A DNA stretch of 64,000 nucleotides from Eledone cirrhosa. Lineage: Eukaryota. The notes below the pieces were generated by a model. It did not search any database and was not told the DNA's origin. It saw only the letters and a program-made list of their open reading frames with translations. Below, in pieces: positions 1 through 13,169 of the stretch (its first letter is position 1; each line of letters starts with the position of its first letter). The stretch is from contig OZ024743.1 in assembly GCA_964016885.1 (NCBI GenBank), forward strand, positions 251,038,001 to 251,102,000, given 5' to 3'. A program made the translations under genes and the position numbers.

Positions 1-170
1 AAACCCAAATAAGTTTCGCAACGGTGGAATGTGAATTGAAAAATAAAGAGAATCGAAATGGGATAGAAATAAAAGAGTGAAATACCCATTTCACTCTTTT
101 ATTTCTATCCCATTTCGATTCTCTTTATTTTTCAATTCACATTCCACCGTTGCGAAACTTATTTGGGTTT
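1..170. repeat. Perfect hairpin/inverted repeat, arms 1-83 and 88-170, loop ACCC (may extend beyond the window edge); probable inverted end of a PLE-type insertion
   Basis: Arms are exact reverse complements by eye; followed by unique sequence that runs into (TA)n at ~450. Confidence 0.85.
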
Positions 171-451
171 CGAGGTTCAAATTCGTCTACAGAACAGGTT
201 TGAATTTTGAAATTTAAATATGTCCAGGAATCATGGCTGTTGCCAATATAATATTGTCTTTATTGACTTATATCGAGACAGACAAATTGTATTCACTTTT
301 ATTAGTTTATTTCATTAATAGCTAACTTTGTCTGTTGCAATGTAAACACATTTCGTGTTTATCGTACACTTTAAATGTATTAACTGCTCGGAAGAGACCC
401 TTCCTGGAGCTTAATTATTGTAAATGACTGAGAGTTTATTCTCAAAATATA

Positions 452-482
<31 letters not shown>

Positions 483-926
483 GTATCTATCTATATATAT
501 GTATATGTGTATGTGTGTATGTATGTGTATATGGACGTGTGTATGTATATATATATGTGTGTATGTATGTGTGTGGGTATATGTATATATGCGTGTGGGT
601 AGGTATATATATATGTATGTATATATATGTATATACATATATATATATTAGTAAAAAGGGAAAGAAAATGCTGACAAATTGTTCCCAGTGAAATGGGAAA
701 AATTTGTCAGCATTTTCTTTTCCTTTTTACTAATATATCACAACTCGTGTGTCACACCTCTATTTTATATATATATATATTTTTTTTTTTTTCTTACCCT
801 ATAACCTTACGTTCTGCTTCAGTGTGTATATTTTATTTCTCATCTTTATTTTATTATATATCAGCCTCGCTTTCAATTATAATAGCCTTTGTTTTTAAAT
901 TCATATCTTATGTCCATATCAAATTG

Positions 927-995
927 TCATTCTGATGATCGATTTCAGACGTCTCTGTTCAGCTCGTCTGTCCTGGTGAAACCTTTGGTAAATGG
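927..995 (+). ncRNA. Type I hammerhead ribozyme motif in a small PLE-like insertion (~645-1090, with terminal hairpin ~645-738)
   Basis: tcatt-CTGATGA-t...cagacg/cgtctg...t-GAAA-cc ttt gg-TA-aatgg; stem I tcatt/aatgg, stem III Acc/ggT, GUA triplet; base of stem II partly degenerate. Confidence 0.65.
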
Positions 996-1089
996 AATAA
1001 TTGTCTTGTGTTGTTTATTACATAATTAGATAGCTCTGTAGCATACATAGAGCACTCTCGTTTCCTTTACCCCTCCTAATGAAATACTT

Positions 1090-1661
<572 letters not shown>

Positions 1662-2228
1662 CAACTAGAAATTGATTAACATATAAATAAACAAATGAAA
1701 CAATCACAGAGGATAATGTTTACAAGTGTGTAAGCACACATAGCTAGGTAGGTAACTAAATAAAGTTAACTAGAACTTCAAAAATAAATACCTTATAATA
1801 TGATTAATCTTCCCTGTATATATTCCATTAAAGAAATATATTTCACCAATTAATCGAATGGTAAACCACGGAGGCCGATACTTGGATTTTCAACAAGGAA
1901 GAAGTTCAGCTATCTGTGTTTACTTAATTTTGGATATATATATATGTACCGTCTCCTCCGTTATATATATATTGTATGCCCTTTGTGTGTGTGTAGCCTC
2001 TGCACACTCTCTGCACCCTACTGTCAACGCCACCCCATCTATGGCCCCACTAACCACTCGACTCCCGGGAATAAATATGACCACAGCTAGTAAACAAGGA
2101 CCCACACCCCACCCTCCCGCACCAAAATTAGACTTATCGTCCCCTGCTTTTGCTCTTTACTCTCTTTACTCTTTGTTCTTGAATGTTTGCTTGGTAGAGT
2201 CCATAACACCAATCAAACCCCATTTATA

Positions 2229-2273
2229 GCTCTGAAGAATTCTACGGTTACGTAAGGAAGAAACATTGTAAGC
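2229..2273 (+). ncRNA. Minimal type I hammerhead-like motif
   Basis: gct-CTGAAGA-attctacg gtta cgtaaggaa-GAAA-c att g-TA-agc; 3-bp stem I, tacg/cgta stem II, very short stem III. Confidence 0.5.
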
Positions 2274-2415
2274 CAATAAAAAATGTTTGATGTTGTAGAC
2301 GCTCTTCTGTTCTTTATCATATATACGGCTCTGCTCCAAAGCATAGAGCTAATTATTATGCTGCCAATACCTTAATGGGATACGGGTATACAATACCTAA
2401 CTCCTATTAACCTAA

Positions 2416-2450
<35 letters not shown>

Positions 2451-2452
2451 TA

Positions 2453-2646
2453 TAGGAACATGTATGACCCCGACGGCAGAGCTCAAGCCGTTTCGACGGC
2501 TATTTCGTCCAGAAATAGCCGTCGAAACGGCTTGAGGTCTGCCGGCGGGGTCATACTTGTGCCTATTACCCACTCTACTACCCTAAGTATTGAGTACTTT
2601 GGTGCGTTATGGTCCATCTGGTTCCTTACCACAATTCATTCGTTAT
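2453..2646 (+). mobile_element. Short PLE pseudo-LTR (pLTR) fragment, family A, with inverted 5' piece forming a hairpin of ~50-bp arms
   Basis: Homologous to 5692-5830, 8140-8195, 8830-8960 and 57795-57990; palindrome centred ~2506-2512; flanked by (TA)n on both sides. Confidence 0.8.
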
Positions 2647-2672
2647 ATATATATATATACACACATATATAA

Positions 2673-2722
<50 letters not shown>

Positions 2723-2743
2723 ATATATATATATATGTTTATT

Positions 2744-2878
<135 letters not shown>

Positions 2879-2930
2879 TAATAAAAACAATGAATAAAAA
2901 CAAAGAACACGTTCCCTATACTAAAAAATT

Positions 2931-3064
2931 CATCATTTTACGATCGTTTCTAGGATATATATGTGTGTTGGTATGTATATCATATAGATCTATGTAAAAA
3001 TATTACAAACTATGAGGGGAAATATACATACCTTCACATATATATGCTGTCTTCAGAAATAATG
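2931..3064 (-). ncRNA. Type I hammerhead motif with long (~100 nt) stem II
   Basis: Minus strand: cattattt-CTGAAGA-cagcatatata...tatatatccta-GAAA-cgatcg-TA-aaatgatg; 8-bp stem I (one GU), palindromic ACGATCGT stem III, GUA triplet. Confidence 0.65.
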
Positions 3065-3473
3065 ATATTTGTTTATTGAAAAAAAACAAAAAAGATATAA
3101 TAGGTCTGTTTGGGAACAGGTTTTGAATTGACCAATAGAAAAGTAGTAAGACGTTAAGTTGATAAAATAGTAGTAGTAGAAATTTAATTTAGGGGTGGAG
3201 GAATGCAAACTTAAGTTTTGAATGGAAATAATACTTTGAATGAAAATAATACTTTGGGGATGAAAAGAGGTCAAGCCGGTGAAGGGTACACGAAAATTTG
3301 ATGTTATTGAAGAATAATCTTAATGTTAAAACCGAAGGAGAGTAAATTTTAGGGTAAAGGTATTAGTGAGAAATACCAATCTTATTTAAAACACAAGGAA
3401 TTTAGATCTATAACAAAAAATTAAATTAATTGATAGGTATACTTATTTTATCCCTATAAGAATACCTATAGTT

Positions 3474-4430
3474 AACATATAGTTAACCATACATAATTAG
3501 GTACAAAATTAATGTTAGAAGAAAAAATGTACATAAACATACCAAAATCATCAAACTATCTCTACTACCGGCAGTTTCATTCCGTTTTTGGATATATGCG
3601 ATCTTAGATAAATCGACGAGATTGGAAATCATCAGAAGATAAACTCAATTGAACAAAGATTTCTCTCATAAGATCTCCGCCAGAAACGAATTCAAAATGG
3701 CTAAGAATCGTCACGTGGCTAGTGGTCAAGGCAGAAAGTTTGTGATTGGTGTCTGTCGGCGAGTAGGCTAGCTGCTAGAAAGCGCAGCCAAATACTGCCT
3801 AAAGTTTTACTCAACCTTACGGGGGGAGTATATAAAATTTAAAGGGTATATACACATAAACTAGACAGAGCCATAGATTTATGTATATTTTTGGCAACCA
3901 TTCACGGTGTGGCTCAATGACGAATTAATTAAATAAATAATTAACAATCAGAACAATATATAAAAAATAAGTCCATAGAATCATTAGATAAAATATATAT
4001 AGTATTTCTTCTCCCAATCAGCATAAATCAACCACACAAAAAATCATTTAAACGAGACTATAAGTTTAAAATATACTTATGAAGAAATAATAGGTAAATG
4101 ATACAGCTTATTATTCGCGACTCACAGCTACAGATAGCCTGTAGAAATTGACTAGACATATAGTTAACCATACATAATTATGTACAAATTAAAGTTACAA
4201 GAAAAAATGTACATAAACATACCAAAATCATCAAAATATGTCTACTACCGGCAGTTTCATTCCATTTTTGGATATATCCGATCTTGGATAAATCAACGAG
4301 ATTGGAAATCATCAGACTATTAGTCAAGGCAGAAAGTTTATGTTTGGTAGGCTGGTTGCTAGAAAGCGCAGCCAAATACTGCCTAAAGTTTTACTCAACC
4401 TTACGGGAGTATATAAAATTTAAAGTTTAT
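3474..4430 (-). mobile_element. Partial tandem duplication (period ~680 bp) of a non-coding HHR-bearing pLTR/retrozyme-like unit
   Basis: 3474-3850 is repeated at ~4156-4430 (second copy has an internal deletion); each copy carries a hammerhead core on the minus strand. Confidence 0.7.
3556..3642 (-). ncRNA. Type I hammerhead motif (damaged second copy at ~4238-4320)
   Basis: Minus: ttatctt-CTGATGA-t ttcc...ggaa t-GAAA-ctgccggtag-TA-gagatag; 7-bp stem I with GU pairs, near-palindromic stem III. Confidence 0.7.
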
Positions 4431-4556
4431 ATATATATATATGATTATATATATATATATCGACAGTCGATCGACTTTCGTCAAATCGGACCGAGGGAAC
4501 AATGTTTCCGTTGGTCTTTCCAATTGCTAATACTATCTATCGGTCGCAACTCCAGG

Positions 4557-4680
4557 TAGAAGGAGCAACGTGAAATAAAGTGTCTTGCTCAAGGACATAA
4601 CGCATCGCCTGGTCCAGGAATTGAACTCACAACCTTACGATTGCGAATCCAATTCTCTAACCACTCAGCCACACGACTTC
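4557..4680 (-). mobile_element. tRNA-derived SINE, 5' part
   Basis: Minus strand has A box tggctgagtgg, B box gagttcaattcc and the SINE body motif tccttgagcaagacacttt. Confidence 0.75.
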
Positions 4681-4682
4681 AC

Positions 4683-4711
<29 letters not shown>

Positions 4712-4714
<3 letters not shown>

Positions 4715-5243
4715 GAAAAACATGGAAAGAAAGAGGAATACTGCGGGCTTGCACATGGGTTACCTATTATAAAATTAGTCCCTCATCAGTGATTTGCCAA
4801 CCATCATTGGTATTTCATCGCATGAAAAATCAGATACCTCAGGTTGGTGCGAGTAATAACTAAAATAAGCTATTGGGACAAGTGAATCGCGTAAAGCGAG
4901 TGAGACAAGTAAACAAGATAGAAGGAAAAGCAAACCGAAGGTAGGAAAACAGCAAGCAACATGATGGTTATCCGGTCAGCATAAGCTGGGTGAATTTCAT
5001 GAGCGGTCAGAAAACAGACCGCCCGCCGTGAATGAGGTGTGAGAAAGAAGGAACCCCACTAATACGAACGGGAGGAAGTGAGAAGGGGAGAAACAGAGAG
5101 TGGGTGAGTGGAAGTGCGAGGAAGAGGTCAGTCGAGAGAAAGTGGAACTGACAGAGGGGGCGAAAGAAGGTGAGAGAACGGGGGAGCAGTAAGAGAGAAA
5201 CAGATAATCGCAGTCGAGGTAAATATGTATGAAAAACATGGGA
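4712..5243. mobile_element. ~515-bp non-coding dispersed repeat with terminal redundancy, related to 49160-49880
   Basis: Clear homology to 49160-49680; tatgaaaaacatgg-like sequence at both ends; inserted in (TA)n. Confidence 0.65.
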
Positions 5244-5264
5244 ATATATGTATATATTTATATA

Positions 5265-5306
<42 letters not shown>

Positions 5307-5420
5307 AAGGAAAAGCGAAGTAGTTTCGCTTTTCCTTATTCGATATTTACTCCGTCACTCCTATGTGGAATAAGTACGTTGAGTGCATGATTTGAATTGC
5401 ATCAATGTTTACCCTAAGTA

Positions 5421-5564
<144 letters not shown>

Positions 5565-5604
5565 ATATATATATATATAAATATATATATATATACATAT
5601 AAAC

Positions 5605-5635
<31 letters not shown>

Positions 5636-5691
5636 AATATATATATATTTATATATATATATGTTTATATATATAAATATATATATATATA

Positions 5692-8195
5692 AATAACGAA
5701 GGAAATGTGGTAAGGAACCAGGTGGACCATAACGCACCAAAGTACTCAATACTTGAGGTAGTAGAGTGGGTAATAGGAACCAGTAAGACCCCGACAGCTG
5801 AGCTCAAGCCGTTTCGACGGCTAATTCTGGACTAAATGAACATTTATCCTGGTATTTAAATAGCCGATCTTCTCAAGGGGTAATTCCATATATGGTCAAA
5901 GTGATTGTCAAAAATCAGTAGTAATTCTGTGGTTGCAAATTAGTAGGGGAGATGGTGGCTAAACCTGCCAGTAGGAGAAAGAGGGGAGGGGGTGGAGTAG
6001 ACCCAATCAAGCGTTGGTAGTGCCAGCTACAGCTGGGCATGAGGTCAAAGAAGATACAGGGGAGGGGGAGGGGGAGGAAGTCGGAACGGTAGGTAGAACA
6101 ATGGGGGGTAGAAATAGGAAAGAAAAATACTGAGAGTGAAGAAAAGCAAATAAGTGTAAAGAAAAAATTAAATTCTACGACCTAGGTGTCAGGCTATTGT
6201 TAGGCGAGAATAAAATAAAGAAAGAAAGAAAGAAGTAAATAAATAAATAAATAAATAAATAAGGAAATAAGTATAGAACTAGGTGGGACGAATTAGGCAA
6301 GGACCCTTTTAAGAGGTATAAGTACGTAAATGATACGGTGACTGGTCAACAAAAGGGGCCAAAATACTAAAGAGACTACCACGAAATAAACAATAAAGGT
6401 TTCCATCCCGGGCCAGCAACGACCCAGTGCAGCAAAGTGAACTTGTACGACATAATAATTCTGAGTCCCGAGAAAAATATATACTAATGCTAACTCTAAA
6501 AGATCTAAAACAAGCTACATGAAAGTTCGTACGAAATAAAGGTAGAATACGGAGAAATAAGTTCAGAATCCACCCCGCCCAGAAGAAAAGCGAAGCAAGA
6601 AATACTGAAACGAAAAAATAAGGCATAAGTGCCACTAAGAAATATAGAGGGCACAGAGAATAGTGGGAGCGGTCGGGAAAGGGGGGCAAGTATCCGGGGT
6701 CTAAGCCAACTGCTATAAAGGGCGGAGTCCGCCAAATCTATCAAAGACTAGGGGAGGGGGGGGGAGTGGGGGTACTAAGGCTACATGGGGCCAAAGGGCA
6801 GCCTCGGGTGGGCGAGAAAAGACGCCGACAAAGGAGAAGAGCTGGGGTAGAAGGACAAAGGAGAGAGGGGGGGAAGGAAATAAAGGATGCGATAAATGAA
6901 TACAAAGAAGATCTTACGTCTTCCTTGGCAAGCAGGGGTTACCCATTGAAAAATCGGCAACTGGGGTGTTATAGCCCTAGTCTACCCCCCCGGGTCATTA
7001 TGGGGTTTGAGGGCGAGGTAAGTCCTACGCAATCTATGTTTACATGCAGTAACCAGTAATCTTTGTATTCATTTATCGCATCCTTTATTTCCTTCCCCCC
7101 TCTCTCCTTTGTCCTTCTACCCCAGCTCTTCTCCTTTGTCGGCGTCTTTTCTCGCCCACCCGAGGCTGCCCTTTGGCCCCATGTAGCCTTAGTACCCCCA
7201 CTCCCCCCCCCTCCCCTAGTCTTTGATAGATTTGGCGGACTCCGCCCTTTATAGCAGTTGGCTTAGACCCCGGATACTTGCCCCCCTTTCCCGACCGCTC
7301 CCACTATTCTCTGTGCCCTCTATATTTCTTAGTGGCACTTATGCCTTATTTTTTCGTTTCAGTATTTCTTGCTTCGCTTTTCTTCTGGGCGGGGTGGATT
7401 CTGAACTTATTTCTCCGTATTCTACCTTTATTTCGTACGAACTTTCATGTAGCTTGTTTTAGATCTTTTAGAGTTAGCATTAGTATATATTTTTCTCGGG
7501 ACTCAGAATTATTATGTCGTACAAGTTCACTTTGCTGCACTGGGTCGTTGCTGGCCCGGGATGGAAACCTTTATTGTTTATTTCGTGGTAGTCTCTTTAG
7601 TATTTTGGCCCCTTTTGTTGACCAGTCACCGTATCATTTACGTACTTATACCTCTTAAAAGGGTCCTTGCCTAATTCGTCCCACCTAGTTCTATACTTAT
7701 TTCCTTATTTATTTATTTATTTATTTATTTACTTCTTTCTTTCTTTCTTTATTTTATTCTCGCCTAACAATAGCCTGACACCTAGGTCGTAGAATTTAAT
7801 TTTTTCTTTACACTTATTTGCTTTTCTTCACTCTCAGTATTTTTTCTTTCCTATTTCTACCCCCCATTGTTCTACCTACCGTTCCGACTTCCTCCCCCTC
7901 CCCCTCCCCTGTATCTTCTTTGACCTCATGCCCAGCTGTAGCTGGCACTACCAACGCTTGATTGGGTCTACTCCACCCCCTCCCCTCTTTCTCCTACTGG
8001 CAGGTTTAGCCACCATCTCCCCTACTAATTTGCAACCACAGAATTACTACTGATTTTTGACAATCACTTTGACCATATATGGAATTACCCCTTGAGAAGA
8101 TCGGCTATTTAAATACCAGGATAAATGTTCATTTAGTCCAGAATTAGCCGTCGAAACGGCTTGAGCTCAGCTGTCGGGGTCTTACTGGTTCCTAT
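5692..8195 (-). mobile_element. 5'-truncated Penelope-like element (family A) with ~1.13-kb near-perfect inverted pLTR/3'UTR arms (5773-6908 and 7060-8195)
   Basis: Arms are reverse complements with only homopolymer-length differences noticed. The 151-bp spacer encodes, on the minus strand, LLVTACKHRLRRTYLALKPHNDPGG*, colinear with the C-terminus of the PLE ORF at 29612 (AISACKHKLHKIFLYYSPTLYPSG*). Confidence 0.85.
8087..8180 (+). ncRNA. Type I hammerhead with U3-A8 core variant (mirror copy 5788-5881 minus; diverged copy 8771-8866)
   Basis: acccc-TTGAGAA-gatcggcta...tagccgtc-GAAA-cggct tgagctc agctg-TC-ggggt; stems I, II and III all pair; GUC triplet. Confidence 0.7.
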
Positions 8196-8205
8196 ATATA
8201 TAAAT

Positions 8206-8270
<65 letters not shown>

Positions 8271-8297
8271 TCTATCTATCTATCTAAATATATATAT

Positions 8298-8958
8298 GAT
8301 TTATTATTTCGTGGTAGTTTCTTTAGTATTTTGGCCCCCCACTTGTTGACCCGTCACCCTAAGATATATTCGGTTGTTTACTTATACCTCTTAAAAGGGC
8401 CTATTATAATTCCGTCCCACCTAGTAAACCCTTCTTTAGTCTAGCAGTACCTGTGAGTAACCAGAAATTGTTTTTTCTTTACACTTAATTGTTTTTTAAC
8501 AATCCCGGTATTTTTCTATATATTTACCCCATATTGTTTTACTTATTGTTTCGGCTCCCCCCCCCCCTAGTATCTTCTTTGACCTCCTGCCCAGCCGTAG
8601 TTGGCACTGTCAACGCACGACTGGGTTTCTTCCACCCCCTCTCCCTCTTTCTTCTACTGGCAGGTTCAGCTACCTCTTCCCTCCACAAATTGCCATGATA
8701 GAATTATTATGTCTCAACAACAAACTTTTGACCAATCCTTGTGACAATCACTTTTACCATATATGGAATTACCCCCTGAGAAGCTCGGCTATTCAAATAC
8801 CAGGATAAAAATGTTCATTTAGTCCAGAATTAGCCGTCGAAACTGCTTGAGCTCAGTCGTCAGGGTCCTACTCGTTCCTATTACCCACTCTACTACCCTA
8901 AGTATTGATTACTTTGGTGCGTTATGGTTCACCTGGTTCCTTACCACATTTCCTACGT

Positions 8959-8961
<3 letters not shown>
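8298..8961 (+). mobile_element. Older diverged copy of the family A pLTR
   Basis: Colinear with 7575-8195 plus the 3' extension seen at 5692-5772; ends cgttat|(AT)n. Confidence 0.8.
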
Positions 8962-8989
<28 letters not shown>

Positions 8990-9437
8990 GGAAATCAGTA
9001 AAATCGAATCTCTGGCGGTTTGCAAGTAAATTCGGCCTACTTATATGAAGTGATGAGTTAGCAAAGCACTCGATAAGATAGGTCTCAGAGTTATAACATA
9101 CGTTTAAATCGCTTGACAAATCGAACATTGTGGTAGGCTAAACTAACACACAATATATACCAAAAGAACGATAAAACTAATCAGGTTGAGAAAAATACAC
9201 CTGGACAAATCAAACGGGCGTTTGAAGTGTTTCTCTGACTCCGAAATCAAATATCAGACTTACTTGAATGGCAAGTTCGTGGTATTGGTGACTGAACAGA
9301 GGACTCAGTTTATCAACAGGTTTTCGTTCTGCTTAGAATCAGGAGTGATAAAATATGTTGCCGCTCGTATGGCTGCTAATCGAATCTATATATAGGAATG
9401 AGTAGGACCCCGACGCCTGAGCTCAAGCCGTTTCGAC

Positions 9438-9572
<135 letters not shown>

Positions 9573-9755
9573 ATACAATAACAGAGAAAGCTTTAAGCTA
9601 AACTCTGACTGGTAACCATCTCACTCAATAAACATTAGGATATACGTTACTATAATCCCAATTTTGTGTTTGGGGTGCTAACTATATGTATTTTGTGGAA
9701 AGCCAGTTGTATTATTTTATATGAGATATAATTAAAATTAAAATATATCTCTCTT

Positions 9756-9878
9756 TCCAAACAATTGTTTCATTATAAGTTTTCTACAAGTTGGGAGAAT
9801 GTTTCCAGTTTATGTAGAAGCCTCACATATTTTTCTGTAAGAATATATGTAGGTGGGCACTTATAAATCATCAGTGGA
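9756..9878 (-). ncRNA. Type I hammerhead with long stem II
   Basis: Minus: tcca-CTGATGA-t ttataagt...acttataa t-GAAA-caattg-TT-tgga; 8-bp stem II base, palindromic ACAATTGT stem III, GUU triplet. Confidence 0.75.
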
Positions 9879-10500
9879 TGCCCATTAAACTTTGATATAA
9901 GAAAAAATTTCTTACCGCAGTTACCTTTCGTGTCCGCTAAGTCATCCCTTCACGCATCAAATGACCGCCAAATTTGAAATTTCAGCAGTCTTTAGACTGA
10001 GGAAATATCGTAGCGTCACGAAGCGGAAAAGGGAAGCAATTGCGAGTCACAAGAAAAGTAAAATAATATACACGTGGGTTAATTAGTTTTTTCAAAAACA
10101 TTATCAATCCTGCGTGTTAAGAACTCAATTAATTTAAAACAAATAAATGTATGCATGTATTAATTACACACGCATATAGATATTTTCTTAGGCTAAAAAC
10201 AGAGAAGTGATACCTAAATAACAAACAATATCTCATAACAGTAATAAATACGGAAAGTTACGTTTAAGAGGTATTTGGAAATATAAATCTCTGGCCAAAT
10301 CAAGAGTAAAATATTTAATACAATAACAGAGAAAGCTTTAAGCTAAACTCTGACTGGTAACCATCTCACTCAACAAACATTAGGATATACGTTAGTATAA
10401 TCCCAATTTTGTGTTTGGGGTGCTAACTATATGTATTTTATGGAAAGCCAGTTGTATTATTTTATATGAGATATAATTAAAATTAAAATATATCTCTCTT

Positions 10501-10623
10501 TCCAAACAATTGTTTCATTATAAGTTTTCTACAAGTTGGGAGAATGTTTCCAGTTTATGTAGAAGCCTAACATATTTTTCTGTAAGAATATATGTAGGTG
10601 GGCACTTATAAATCATCAGTGGA
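10501..10623 (-). ncRNA. Type I hammerhead, tandem partner of 9756-9878
   Basis: Same core and stems, 745 bp away. Confidence 0.75.
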
Positions 10624-10942
10624 TGCTCATTAAACTTTGATATCAGAAAAAATTTCTTACCGCAGTTACCTTTCGCGTCCGCTAAGTCATCCCTTCACGC
10701 ATCAAATGACCACCAAATTTGAAATTCCAGCAGTCTTTAGACTGAGGAAATATCGTAGCGACACGAAGTGGAAAAGGGAGGCAATCGCGAGTCACAAGAA
10801 AAGTAAAATAATATACACGTGGGTTAATTAGTTTTTTCAAAAACATTATCAATCCTGCGTGTTAAGAACTCAATTAATCTAAAAAAAATAAATGTATGCA
10901 TGTATTAATTACACACGCATATAGATATATATATATATGTGT

Positions 10943-10977
<35 letters not shown>

Positions 10978-11087
10978 TATATATATATAGAGAGAGAAAT
11001 TATTTAGCCTGATAGTGGAATTAAGAACCCTCGGAGAAATGGAAAAAGATGAGTATTGACGTACAATTTGAAATGAAAAAGACAGGT

Positions 11088-11159
11088 GATGTGTTGGTGC
11101 AAATGGTAGCACAGTGGTCCGGATAACCAAAGATTTGGGTTCGACTCCCATGTACGTCA
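11088..11159 (+). tRNA. tRNA-like cloverleaf (pseudo-tRNA or SINE head), copy 1 of a 271-bp tandem unit
   Basis: 72 nt; acceptor gatgtgt/gtacgtc, D arm gtgc/gcac, anticodon arm tggt-ccggata-acca (lacks U33), T arm tggg-ttcgact-ccca; TTTTT shortly downstream. Confidence 0.6.
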
Positions 11160-11358
11160 ATACTCATCTTTTTCCATTTCTCCGAGGGTTCTTAACCCCA
11201 CTATCAGGCTAAATAATTTCTTTAATTTCTTTAGTCAAAATACGGCGATAGTTTACATTTCTAATAATTTCGAACCCACTCGCTGTTTCGAAAATATTCG
11301 TACTTGACATTAGAGTCGCTAAGTTTATAGCTTCTAATTTGAATGGAAAAAGACGGGT

Positions 11359-11430
11359 GATGTGTTAGTGTAAATGGTACTACAGTGGTCCGGATAACCA
11401 AAGATGTCGGTTCGACTCCCATGTACGTCA
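11359..11430 (+). tRNA. tRNA-like cloverleaf, copy 2 (more degenerate)
   Basis: Repeat of 11088-11159 at +271 bp, with B box ggttcgactcc. Confidence 0.5.
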
Positions 11431-11656
11431 ATACTCATCTTTTTCCATTTCTCCGAGGGTTCTTAACCCCATTATCAGGCTAAATAATTTCTTTAATTTC
11501 TTTAGTCAAAATACGGCGATAGCTTACATTTCTAATCATTTCAAACCCACTCGCTGTTTTGAGAATATTCTTACTTATATATATATATGTATATATATAT
11601 ATATGTTTATATATATATATATATATATATATATGTTTATATATATATATATATAT

Positions 11657-11775
<119 letters not shown>

Positions 11776-11828
11776 TATATATATATATGTTTATATATAT
11801 ATATGTTTATATATATATATATATATAT

Positions 11829-11873
<45 letters not shown>

Positions 11874-12021
11874 TATATATATATATATATATATATATAC
11901 ATACAAATATAAATTCAGTGAGAATCGTGTTTCGGCGGGTTGAAATTAGCGAAACGCAATTTCCGAGTTGTGTTGGCAAGTGCTCCATGGACCGAAAGAG
12001 ACCAGAGCAATAAACATGTAT

Positions 12022-12147
<126 letters not shown>

Positions 12148-13169
12148 CTCTATTGTTTTATATATATGCCATCATTGCTTCAAAGAGATGAGATGAATCG
12201 TTGCATTGTTGCACATGTGGGATTCCATACTGTAGAGCAATGTTATGTTTAGAAAAGAAATGATGCAATTGCCAATGTTTTAAAACTGCTAATTCTTTTG
12301 CGTCTCGTCTAGAATATAAAGTATGGTGTTTTGTTGTAAAGGTAGCCCAGGTCACCATACTCTGGAACAATTTAGAAATGTCAAAGGTCAACCTATATCT
12401 ATATCAATGAATTTTATACCCTCCAGCCTCCCTCAACCTTTATTCCTCTTGAGAATCAAGGGTTGAAAAGCTACAGACAAGTTATGAATGGTGGTGGTTT
12501 TGATGCTGGTGGTTTATGTGTGGTTTCAATAGTGGCAATGCTGGTGAGTGGTGATGATGATGCTATTGATCTTGTTGTTGATGCTATTGATGGTGGTAAT
12601 GAGGGGGATGGTACTAGTAGTGATCGGTGGTAGCAGTGGTGATTGTGTTGTTGTGGCAATGATGATGGTGATAGTGTAGGTCTCTGAGGTGGTCTGGACT
12701 GGGGGAGTGAAGGCAGATGTACAATTTCTAGATGAATAGAAATAGGAATACAAGTTACACCAATGAACAAATTTAACTGATCCCTCACCCCCTTTCTCTC
12801 TCCCATTATTTGTTTTCACTTTTCATCTGTCCACCTTTCTCAATCTCTAAAAGAACACCCACTTCTTGGGCTACCCACATGGGACAGTGTCTGAAAACTG
12901 AAACCAGTTTGTCTGATAACTCTGAATCATCAACCCCCAATTCTCTGATCGGTCATCCATCAATTCCTTGGGTCCTGATATTTATTCTCAGGCAGATAAC
13001 TCTCACTGGGAACTAACCTTTTCTCATATTATATATATATATATATATATATGTGTGTATGTGTGTGTGTGTGTGTGTGTATAACATCAGCTTTTAACAT
13101 CCGCTTTCCCTGATTGCAAAGGTTATATATATATATACTTATATTGTGATGTATAAAGTTATATTACAC

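Noticed and set aside
385-450. Degenerate hammerhead-like remnants (also ~9220-9262, 11925-11985, 57540-57595)
   Set aside because: Cores have several mismatches or a missing half; not distinguishable from chance.
6309-7658. Mirror-image 126-aa and 79-aa ORFs as duplicated genes
   Set aside because: Incidental frames in the inverted non-coding PLE arms, with no recognisable domain.
9996-10030. CTGAGGA...GAAA on the + strand
   Set aside because: No stem I or III pairing; the convincing motif of this unit is on the minus strand.
11165-11215. Hammerhead in the tRNA-like tandem unit
   Set aside because: Minus-strand CTGATAG...GGAGAAA lacks a correct core and stems I and III.
12170-13020. Possible host exons in unique sequence
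   Set aside because: Frames are short or interrupted by stops and no protein similarity was recognised; the minus ORFs at 12471-12819 are GGT/GAT low-complexity.
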